Assembly (NCBI GenBank): GCA_964035545.1
Contig: OZ037769.1
Location: 14,724,633 to 14,788,632 of the forward strand
Direction: 5' to 3'
DNA length: 64,000 nt
From: Bugula neritina
Taxonomy: Eukaryota; Animalia; Bryozoa
Made by a program: the position numbers and the translations under genes. Numbering within the stretch: position 1 is the first letter of the stretch; the number at the start of each line of letters is the position of its first letter. Below are positions 52,331 to 64,000 of this stretch, piece after piece. The notes under the pieces are model-generated. The model was not told where the DNA came from, did not search any database, and worked only from the letters and a program-made list of their open reading frames with translations.

Positions 52331-53410
52331 TAGTTATACTGTTCCTCATAGTGATGGTGACTATGAGTATGACTGACTTTCAGTATTAATTTGACTCACA
52401 ATAACAATCCCATATAATTATATGATATATAATCTAATGATACAATTATGATAAATATAATATTGATTATAATATGTATTCTAATTGGTATTATAACATT
52501 GTTAATAACAGAATAAATATATATTATTATATAAATGTCAGTATCAGTATTAATAAACTGCAAATTAATGGTAATATTATATAAATATATAATGCTATAT
52601 AATAGTTAATAATATATAATTATAATAATAACTAGTCTGTTTGAGATAAAATAATTATTCTAATTTATTTATATTATAATAATTGTTGAAGTTATAATAA
52701 TATTATTTAATTTTAAGTTTGAAATTAGTTATATTATTATTCAATTATTTTTCATTTTAATTTATTAATATTCCTTACTTTTCATAATATTGATGTGTGT
52801 ATTTGGAAAATATGTTTATAAAATGCTATTAAATAATAAACCTCAAATTTTTCATTAGTACTTACTTCTCCAATATGTTTTACTGTGTTTAGAATATTTA
52901 TTCCTTGTGTGACAGTTTTATTATTTTTAATTTTTAATTCTGCTTTTGTTTAGTCAATTGTTATTTTTACGTCTAATACTACCTGTATGTCACAAGTAGT
53001 TTACGATATTTGAGTTTATAGGCTATTTTTATACAGTTTGTCTTGAGTTATACTCTCTACTGAAAAGTATAATGACATTGATCTCTCAGACTGACTAAAC
53101 CTTGAGACTAATAAAATACTGTTTTTACTTATATTCTAATTTTATAGAATTCTTAAGAGATTTACACCCATAGGCCTAGTGTAGTAGCTAAACATAATTT
53201 CTTTTTTGAATATCCATACCTAAAACCACATTTACTACTTGGCTACATCATTTACGCCAGCTAATTTTTCCTGCTATTATCATATATCTCTCCAATTTTT
53301 CTGACTATTTTTGTCACTTACTTCTACAGTAAGTGGCAGTAAGTATTTTTGTCACTTACTTCTACAGTAAGTGACAGTAATTATTTTTGTCACTTCTGCA
53401 GAGTTCAAGT

Positions 53411-56400
53411 ATGAAGTTGGAGAACAAACCAGCTGCCTTGCCGGAACTCAATCTCTACAACTTTGAAGAGGAGGACTTTGCCGACAGTAAATATGTGCTG
53501 ACTAGCCCTAGATCTCTGGAAGCTTGTGACATGCTGAATGTGAAGGTAGGTTGAGAGAACGCCCTCTGTCTGTTTGTGTGGCGACTGGGATTTTCAGGCT
53601 ATAGCTGTTATGAAATTCATTATCTCTGGAAACAGCGGCATTACTTCATACATGTGATACACCCTGTTTCCTTCACCATTGTTGTGTTTGCACATGTTTA
53701 TACAAAAAAAAGCGTTTGTGAAATTCCAACATATTAGTTTGCTTTTATTTATAAAGCTAATGGCAAAGGTTTGATTTGTTCTGCTTAGTGATGCTAATAA
53801 TTATCCTCAGAATTCATTTCTATAATAATTCGATTTAATAATTACTAGTTTTACCTACTGGAAGTTGTATTTCAGCCCCTAGAGTTGATATACAAGCCAC
53901 TCTCCGACTATCAAGATGAGATGAGGAGAAGAGGGCTGACTTTTCAACATGCATATGACGAATACGACAAATTTGAGAAAAGCCGGCAACGTTAGTATCT
54001 ATTACTTCTGTTTGGCAATGTATTGGTATAGCAGGTCATTGCTCAAGTTAATGCATGCGTGTTCTTGAATTAATCGTTTTATATACAGTTGCAGTTCACT
54101 CTAATAGGGAATGTTGCAATTTAAAACTTGAATTGAATGAAAAATTGTAGAGTAAAACACTTAGGTTTAGTCTTACTGATTTTGCTGCCAACTTTAGAAT
54201 TTGATTTTTGAAAGTTGTAGTCTATATATATTATATCTTGCGTTACACATTATAATATTATATTTAATGAATAAAATACCAATAAATAATTTGCATCATC
54301 AATTTGAATCTACTATAAGCCTTATATTATACCTTGCCTAGTAGTACTGTATATAATCTAACTTATGCTGAGCTAAGCTTCATGTTGTATGATTTAACTG
54401 GTCTTGTAGGAAAGTTGAGGGAATGTAGGGATTATCGAGATAAAATGATAAGAGACAACATTTTCAAGAATAGCCCTGACCCCGCTGCCGAGTATGACAT
54501 CATGCTGCCGACAGATGACGGTCTCTACGAAGTAGAGGACTCTCACCGGGTTACTGCTAGTCAGAGTCTGTTCACTACTCCTTACTCTAGTGAGGAGGTC
54601 TTCCATACCCAGCCCCAACCTTCTAGCACCTGGCGTGCCTCTAAGGCTACTAAAGCTGGTTAGTTGAAAATTCAAATTGTTTCTTTTTACTTTGTTTTTT
54701 TAGTACATATTAGCAAATTAGGACATATATAGTTAAAGTTGGCTCAAAGTTCATGAAGACTTACTATATGGGGTAATTTTATGCGCTAATTCTAACTATG
54801 CATAGAAAAAATGCTGGGAGGGAGGCCATTAAAGCTCAATTTTACTATCTATGAGCTAAATATATAATGTATCTGAAACCTGATGAAAATCCTCACAGTC
54901 TGTGTATCCCAATTTACTAAAAACTTTGGAGAAAACATAGACAATCAAGCGCAATTAGAAAAAAAAAACCATTGATTATTTAGTTGTAATATTTCTAGTT
55001 TAGGGCAAAAACCCATATACATTAGCAGTTAGATAACACCAAAAACTTGATTGTATGTCCAATGACCCAGTTTCAATCGACTTCAAAATAGGCTTTTGCT
55101 TTCTAAATGGCAGGAGTGTTTGGTGTAGCAGTGTGGCTTGTAGTTGTAGTTTAGTTTGGTTAAATGCATCACCCTAGTATGCATGTGTGTAGTATTTGTT
55201 GATGCATAGGAGATGTTGACAGCTGCCTCTATCTCTACTTTGTTTACAAACTGCAGAAGTGTAGGCCTGGCAACTAATTGCCCCTCTATCTCTTCACCCA
55301 CAAACTACACTCATATTTGAGAGCCACTAATCAATCACTTATCATTATGATTTGTTTGCTCTCCATTCAGCATAAACACTTATCAACTATGCACTGTCAG
55401 CTTAGAGTGTTTATAAATTGACAGCACTATTATTCTATTTTGTTTGCTCTGGAACAGTTTTGAAATCTTGAAAAGAATTAAAAACTATGGGAAGTTCATG
55501 AGAAAGTTTAACCTGAATTCTTTACTCTTAGGCACTCTTTTCAATTCATGAGCGTGGCTCAGGCTAATCGGTATTGATATAACCCATCAGTTTTACAGTT
55601 TTTCTTATTAAAATAGTATGTTATTTCATGAATTAGAACTTAATAACCTTAAATGATGACGCATAAATGTGTGTAGTACAGCATTGATTTACCTAGAGTC
55701 TGTTGAATAATTTATTAGCATAGTAGTATAATTTTATTCTCTTTTTTTTTTAAATATAAATTATTCAAATATCGTGAGTCCAGTCTGCTTCAGGCCCGTG
55801 CTATCTTGCATGCCAAATGTAAATTTTGATTACTAGTTCAATCAGTTAATTAGCTTGAAAATATTCACATTGTAGATGAATTAAAATAAATTCATTGTGT
55901 ATCGTGTTCATATCAAATGACAAGCCTTTGTGACTACTAAATAGAGGAAATGTGTGTAAACAATTATATTGTAGCCTAACGCCTGGTTGCCATAGCGACA
56001 GTGTATCGCTACTCTACACTCCTTACTTGGCCTTGTGCCAAGTAGATGCTAGCATCACTATGTTATTAGTAAATTGATGCTATTGTTTACTAACCTTCAA
56101 ATTAAATGTTTAACTTGATATTAAAATGCAAATGGACTGTTTCGGTTTATTTGATGTGCACCGAGAAATGATACACTTGTTTGCTACACGTGGGCCCATT
56201 TACTGGTGTTTGTAGCTCGCCTACAAATCAATGCATCTATGCTGTCCTATAATATAATTATAGTATGTGTTATTTGTATGGATGAATTGGTTAGAAACAT
56301 TACAATACAGCAAATTAATTTTTTGTCATTTTTCTTGGATGATTTCCTTGTATATTTCATATGCATGTATAATCTTATTCAAGCTATCATTACACCTCTA

Positions 56401-57541
56401 TATAATAAAACATACTAGCGTTTTACCAGTTGGTTAGTTTCATGAGCAACTCTTGACTAGTATTTTAATAGATTACACTTCTAATGATCTTATTTTACTG
56501 ATAAGATAAAAAATTAATATGACTTTGATTACTTTTCCACATTGTTTTGCCACCTTTTGTTGCAATATAATTAAAAGTAAATAGTGGTCAGTAAATATGG
56601 AATTACTATTTACATATTTCATGTCCTGATCAATAGATGAAATTGAGTTTTAATTTCTCAAACGCTGGAATGTAGTTCAGCATCTCCTCAGCGTATGCTC
56701 TCACGTGTCATGCCATTTCATACTCATTATTGGATGCAATATTCATGTATCTGAAGGGGGTTTCTCCCCTCCTATTATAATGAGACATACAGAGTAATGA
56801 GACATACATGATGTTCTGTCTAAAATATTACATCTATTCTAGTCTTCGTTTTTAAATGACGAATTATTATAGCAAATTGAATGCTTTTATATAGAATTTC
56901 ATTTCTTTGCGTATTGCTATTTTTTGAAAATAACTTAGCCTGTAATACTGTGTATTATTCCAACTTTCAGTCTGATTCTATCAACTCCTGTTTATTTACT
57001 TCTATTTTATACTTCAGCTACTCTTTTGTAGATAATACACATCTACAGAGCAATGGGAGAGAGGAGAACGGGTGGCGTGCACATCCCCCCTTCTCGGAGC
57101 GGCATCTGAGCAAGCACCGGCATAGAACCAAGTCTAGACACATAGATGACCTTGAACCTAGCCATGAAATTTTAGCATCAGGTGAAAATCTTGACCTTTC
57201 AACTCAAAAGCATTCATTAGAATTAACACATTTTGTATAAAGGCAAATTTATGTTCTCAAGTAAACTTGTTTAAAGTTATACTTTATCATGAATTGGTGC
57301 AAGCAATATTGTCTTTAGTACAATTAAAAGTAATTCACTGTTTAGGACTAGGAAACGGTCAAGAGCTGCGGAATAACAGTAATAATGTGGAGACGACTCC
57401 TGGTTCAGTTAGACAACCTTTTAAAAGTCGCTTTATGCTGGAGAATTATGGGCAGACTTTCTGCGGTGATTCAGAGAACAGGAAGGAGATGACGAGCTCA
57501 CTTCCTCTCCACCGAGGTGGGCGTGGTTTATATATATTAGA

Positions 57542-57619
<78 letters not shown>

Positions 57620-60600
57620 TAGAGATGTATATTAGGCAGATTGGCAACGTTTGTTTAGAATATCCATTCAAATTTTCTGATATATTCTAGATGATCCATA
57701 CCAAAGTGCTTACAAGTATCACAGAAGATCTTACACAACAGACGGGTTAGTTGGGGGTGGGGGTCTAAATAGGACGTCCACCCCGTACGACAACTCTGTA
57801 CCCACCAGAACCCAGGCTATGGACAGATCTTTCACCAGCATCAGTGACATCCCTCTGAGTAGCCCTAGAGATGAGCCACGTGCCCGCAGGTTGGTGTTTG
57901 GAAGTATATCTGGGGGTTTGGGCAGTTTTTGTGCTGATGGAATTTTTACTCTTTTACTTTATATGAGCTCTTTTTTGTTTTTATTCGATGTACTGTTTCA
58001 AACTGTTATTGCGGCGGTGGTGGTGGTATACTTTATTCCACTATTACCTGTTATTAGAAAAGTTTTGTCAGGGTATCATCTTTTCAGGAAGCTTTGTCTT
58101 GTTAATATTTACCTGCTAACAATTTTTTGTTAATTTTTATATCTTATGAATACAACTTAGTATAGTTTAGAAATAGATGTCATATAGTTTACAGATTACA
58201 GTAGTCTAGCTGAAAAATGGTTTAGATATAGTTTAGATATAACTTCAAATTAATTTACAAGTAGTTTAGATAGTAGTTTAGTTTAGGTATATAGTTTAGA
58301 ATTAGTAGTGAAGTTACCTACTTTGTCTAGAGTCTCTGCTTTTTCTGTTACTCTCTGTTACTCTTAACTGAACTGTTTCTTGCCTTTCCAGGCAGAGAAC
58401 CTCCTCAGCGTACACAACTCTGGAGAGAGAAACCGCGGCCCTTAGAAATGTGTACGTAGTTTATTGTTAAGTCCTTCAACTATGTCATAGGGCTTCGTAC
58501 ACAAATTATTTACTGACTATATTTACACCACTATCTTTCAACATGTCCGTTTAGGTCACTTTATTTTTAGCCTGAACTTGTCCTAAGATTGTGAGCAGTT
58601 CGGGGGGAGGGGGGTTGCGGAATTTTGGCTGTTTGTGTAAATTGGTCAACCCGTATTCAAATCCTACAGTTAGAACTCATACTAAGTAGAAATTATTCAA
58701 CTCATAGAAAGTTTCTGTCGTGTAAATCTTCTTTGTAGTTGTGTTCTCTCACTCTTGCTGAGTAATTTGGATATAGATATGTAACATACCTTCACAATAT
58801 ATACTTGTACATATAGGCTACTCTGTATTATTAGTCAATTTTCTGACAGCTCATTTCAAGGTTGTTTGCTGTTTTTTTTTGTAAAATAATGACAAATCTA
58901 TGTTTGGTACGCTGTTGAGACGTCCCCTACTTTGCTATCTGATTGCATAGCCTCAGTTAGAGTTGAGTAAACACTGATACGCTGTTACGCTTCATTGGTT
59001 TGCACTGAGTAACCCTGTACTCTGCCTCAATCCTATTCCTCTAGTGGAAAATGTTTGGAAACAATTCACTTGAAACAGTAATTATCTTCTCAGCTTAACC
59101 TGTGCAGTCTAGGGACAGGCTATGCTAGAACATCCTTGTTAAATTGTAAGTTTTATTTTACTGGCTGGCCCCCTGCAACACCTACACCCCCTGGAACCCA
59201 CTGCACCCCCTTGCACCCTTCTCCTAGTTTTTATATCCATCTCTTACTGACAGCAACAATGGTCAATCTCAAGTGTAGGACTGGAAATGCTTTATTTCAT
59301 GGAAGCCATCTTTTGGTTGATTTGAATTAAAATGTTTGTTCATGAAATATTTGTTGCATAATTAATAAGATTTCTATTTTACACTTGCTTTCTTTATAGT
59401 TGAGAATACGAGAAACTAATTACTGCTTCTAATCAAAGTTTTTCATTGCATATATAATTTTAGATGAAAATCCAATTGAGCATTAGAAGTGCATATAATA
59501 CAAGTATATAATATTGTATTACACTTACAATTGAGCAATACATTTAATAAATATTTGTGCTATACTATACAATAGCAAATTAATACATTTAAAGAAATCT
59601 TCACCACAACTACACCAATGGCGCTATCCCAGCCATTTCCTGTGTAAAATGTTCATGGCAGCCTCTCTTTGGACACCAGTTTTATTATTTACTTCCTGTT
59701 TTAAGATGTTTAACTTACCAAAAACTACTAGTTTTGGCAGTAGAACATTTGTGGTCATATTTCTATAGGCTAACAGTTGTAGCAAGTTAAATCAATGTTT
59801 AGAGTTTACTTTAATATGCAAACTTTAGCATGCTGACTTTAGTATGCTGACTTTAGTGTGCTGTGTGTATGCAGGTTGTCGGCAGCTGGTGAGGACAACA
59901 TGACCCGTAGCCTGAGTCTTACAGATCTTGTCCAGCCTAGAGAGAGGTACAGGCAGCGTCCCTCAACCAGGAGACCTTATTGTCAGAACAGAGGCTATTT
60001 GTCTGACGATGACTACTATAGTCCTCAGCACACAGATCAGGTTAGTTTACTGGTGATTGTGACTTCATTTTCTAGAAACTTCTTTGTAGAAATATACAGG
60101 GATATGTGCTCTCTCTAATAACCATTCGCCGGGTTGAGGTAATATTTTTTGCTATGGCGGAGATTTATATAAAATAAACTGTTTTATTTTTCATTGCATT
60201 TAGCATGGAAAGACAAATCCCAACATAGTTTCAACACATTCATATTAAGTGACTAGTTACTAACCACATCTCAAGTTGGACTGTGAAGTACCAACTACTA
60301 ACTGTAGTGAATGTTATCAATCAGTAAACTAAGCTAAATAACTTGTTACTTCCTATAGACTAACAGTCTAACTAACAATGCAATGTTAGTCAACCGTTTT
60401 TTAAATATAAATTAATTCAATATGTTGGAGTTGTCTATTCAAATAGACAAGGCATAGGTAATGGTGTGTTCTATAATCTTAGTTCCACAGTTCGCTGCTC
60501 GTAATGACTTTATATGAGAATAACTAGGTCATTAGAATAACTAGGTCACATGACTCCACAACCACTTCCTGTCTTAGACAAGGTCTATCATCTGCTGTAT

Positions 60601-62005
60601 TGTTAGATGGATGAGGTTTTAACTCGAGCCTTGGAACGACGTCAGAGAGAGATTGAGAATGACTTACTAAACGAGCAGCTGGAATATGAGCAGCAAGTTG
60701 AGGACCTGAGGCTGAGTCTGCAGGACACTGGTCTACAGGCTAACGTAAGTGTCGCCTCTGACCTCTGACCTTTGATTGGCGGGTGTGGATATTCTATTGC
60801 CTTATCATTGTGTGCTGTTTGAAAGCATAAACTAAGTATTTTATGGGAAGTGTGTTGCAAAGAGTCAGTTTTTCTGCATTTGCTCCGTTCCTGCTGATTC
60901 TCAGAGTGAAGTTGTAAGGATTAAAGCATTGTGTTTCAGTCTGTTATAGTGTTTGTATTATATTTGCAATATATGAAGGAAAACGTAGAACTATTGCTGT
61001 TGAAAAGTGATGAAAAAGGAAAAAGCCAAATTCCATCAACCCAGTCTCATACTGTGTTACATGTGCTTCTCCTATTAGCCACCAGTGTGCTTGTGTAAAA
61101 GTTGATTTGTGTTGTGTATGCATTAGTACTTCTGTTTTTTTTTCTTGCTTTTTATTCACCAATTTTCGGATGTAGTTCTCATGCACACTTTTCTCTAGTT
61201 TGTCTTCCGCCAGGAAGTTTCACCTTGTCACTATTCTACTTGTTCCTTCCTTATAGTCGGATACAATCAACACACCTGTTCATCTTGTAGCGACACAGCA
61301 GGAGTATCTGGCGTCGCTCTCCCAGAGGATATTCCTCTCACCGCTCACGTCACTATTCCGCAGATCACCATGAGTTGTCTCCACGTTTACCTGCAAATCA
61401 CTATTTACCTCAGGGATACGAATATGCAGATGAGACTCTGGCTGATAGAACTCAGAGAGAGAGAAGGAGAGAGCTTGCCCGGGAGCAGGCGGGTCAGTAT
61501 TCACTTGTGTTTACAGTAGCAGATGTCATCATCATCGGATACTGAAATGTGACTTTTGATGGTTTCTATGCAAATAAATCGAAGGCTTTAAAGGAAAATA
61601 AACATCAGTTTATTGTAAATATTTGCTGCAAATAAACTTTGTTTTCTTAATTTTATTTCCACAGTTTCAATGTTAACTATTCAGAGACATGACTAGTATA
61701 CTTACATACCTTGTAGTACATGTCCACCTTGTAGTGCATGTCCACAATTATCAATTTTATTGGATTGAATTGGAATCATTCCATTTTTTAATTAAATTTT
61801 GTGCTTAAAATATGTAAGACAGCCTGCTTTTGGGTATAGGTGTATGTAAAAGTAAGTATCAAAGTGTAAGTATGTAAGTGCGACCAGCTGGACTCTCACA
61901 CAAGTTGTTGTCTTGTTTCCAGTTAGAGAGTTGGAATCGGCTCGAGTCAAATCTAAAAAGTGTCGTCTGCATTCAGAAAGAGTTCGCAAAGCTTTCCGGG
62001 AAGCT
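53411..62005 (+). CDS. CCDC177: CCDC177-like coiled-coil protein, 3-prime incomplete (continues beyond window)
   Basis: Exons 53411-53545, 53876-53990, 54410-54658, 57032-57181, 57346-57516, 57691-57889, ~58391-58450, 59875-60040, 60607-60744, 61291-~61492, 61923-~62005. The N-terminus LNLYNFEEEDFADSKYVLTSPRSLEACDMLNVKPLELI...RQRKLRECR matches my recollection of the CCDC177 motif YVLTSPRSLEAC. Later exons are less certain. Confidence 0.72.
57546..57612. repeat. (TA)n microsatellite
   Basis: Pure TA run in an intron. Confidence 0.95.
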
Positions 62006-62611
62006 GTGAGTATGAACGAATCGAAATGGAGAGCCACTGAATTAGCCAATGAGACTGAGAATGGGGTGGGTTTAAATACTTGAAAGTTATTCAGCATTTT
62101 ACCTTTCATTTCCTTACAATAGAGGGGTTTCAAACATCCCTCTAGAGGAATTTGTATTTTAAAGTTGTCTCCCCCTACAGGTATTGGGGGCAGTCTCCAT
62201 AATATATAGAAGGCCCATAAAATAAGTAGAAATGTAAGGTTTGAGTGAAGACTACTACTAGTATAAGTTTCATTTTTTCTGAGATTAATATTTTGGCAAA
62301 AGTACACATATGAGCAGTTTCAAAAAAATTTTAAAAAATTTTGTTAATGATAAATGGCACAAAAACAAAACTTCAAAGCATATTTGTGGTTTTGGTTATT
62401 GAGCAAATCTGAAGCTGGCAGCTGTCATTATTATTTGCTTTGCTGACTGTAACCAGTCTGTTTAGAGCTGCTAACCTTTCAACTCTTAGAACAATAATAA
62501 CATGCTCGTAGACTATATAGCTGCTAAACACTGTATAACTATATATATGTTTTAAAAGCATTTGTTTACATGGCATGCCTGCAAGTCAATGAATATATTT
62601 AGAGAACAGTA

Positions 62612-64000
62612 AAAAGAAGCATATAAATTTCAGAATAGTTTCTTTTTTTCTGAGATAAATATTTTGGAAATGTCCCACAATTCAACATTTAAATAAAGTC
62701 GGTAAAAGAATTGTTCACAGTGTATTCTTGCAAGCTGGTTTGCGTTTGTTCTGGCATGCCATTTTACAGTGGTCTAGTTAACTAGGTCAAAGTTCATTGA
62801 GGTGGAATTGTTTTATTAACCTCGTGTGTTGATAAAATACTATCATTGGATAAGCAACTTCACAGTCTGATTAAATATCTGCGATACCTGCCTAGTAGAC
62901 GATCCAAACTTAAAAAAATAATATACTAAATCCTTGTATTACATGTATGGATAAAAAATAATGCAACAAATTGGCTAAAGCATGTTCAAGTAATGTGAAA
63001 AACTCGAAATATAAATGAGTCAAACTAGAGCTAGTCAAGTGTGTGGTGTTTTTGGCCGATTTATATGTGCTGTTTAATCAGCTTGTTATGTAGTGATGTA
63101 ATCCTATATAATGTAATTTAAGTTAGACAGCTAAAGTTGGACAGTTCTCATCGTGCACTTTCTTGAACAAGCAGTTATGTAATATAGAAAGACAGCTACT
63201 CAACAGAGAGCTTCAAGCAAACAAAATTCTTGCAACGAGGTTGATTGAATACAAAACAGCTGCTGTTATTCTTATAGCAGCATGCATTGTATAAGAGATA
63301 GCTTGATGGTTCACATAGTTTACATCAATGAACTCAATAATTATTAAGCTATTCCAGCTCAGTGGTTTACATACAGTGACATACCACTGAAAATTATTAG
63401 AAACCACAGAAAAGATATAAAGGAGAGAATGCTGGCACAAAGGAAGTATAGCAATGTGGTCAAATATATGGCTGAAAACTGACTTAGAGATAAATAAGTA
63501 CAAAATGGACATAATATAGCTAAATCAGCAAAGCCAAATGATTTGATATAAAAAGTATTATCTGGGAATTTAGTGAAACTTTGTAGCATTATTTAAAACT
63601 CCACCTTTGAGCAAGACCCGTATGGAGTAAAGCCAATCTTAAATTCATTAGTGTCATAAGAATGCAGTCATTATGACATAGTTCGTTCTTTCTATACTTT
63701 ACAGCTGGTACTAAATGTACATTTCAACTCTTTTTTGGAAACAAGCCAAGTTGCTTTGGCTGAAAAGTGCTTTTTTGATGATTTTTTTTCTGCAATGCAG
63801 CAGTATATAATTTACAATGCTCCAAAAACATTTCTGTATTAGGAATGTTGGTATACCAACAGCTTGCAAGAATAATTATTTATTGAAAATACACTGTGAA
63901 ATTTTTTTACAGACTTAATTTAAACGTTGAATTGTGGGACATTTCCAAAATATTTATCTCAGAAAAAAAGAAACTATTCTGAAATTTATATGCTTCTTTT
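62612..64000. mobile_element. Long-inverted-repeat element (probable DNA transposon or foldback), right arm cut by the window edge
   Basis: 62612-62730 (AAAAGAAGCATATAAATTTCAGAATAGTTTCTTTTTTTCTGAGATAAATATTTTGGAAATGTCCCACAATTCAAC...) is the near-perfect reverse complement of 63883-64000. Confidence 0.7.

Overview
AT-rich, intron-containing animal (invertebrate-type) genomic DNA; the species cannot be determined from the sequence. From left to right the window holds: (1) a decayed C2H2 zinc-finger gene; (2) one minus-strand gene with 13 coding exons (4282-14115, about 1383 aa by my manual splice reconstruction) that fuses a proline-rich N-terminus, LRRs, a ROC GTPase, a COR domain and a complete caspase (p20+p10); (3) a tandem array of six secreted short-chain collagen C4-like genes (signal peptide, coiled coil, Gly-X-Y, Cys-rich globular domain), one of them disabled; (4) eIF4B; (5) a divergently transcribed CCDC177-like gene that runs off the right edge. 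Introns carry minisatellites, a nested hAT/Harbinger insertion and MITE-like inverted repeats. The stand-out is the LRR-ROC-COR-caspase. Most of its LRRs are encoded by four tandemly duplicated, symmetric 144-nt exons whose differences concentrate on the solvent-exposed LRR positions, and its caspase keeps the His/Cys dyad but has a rebuilt S1 pocket. It looks like a single-chain, diversifying innate-immune sensor-protease. All gene models were built by hand from GT-AG sites and reading-frame continuity and have no transcript support.
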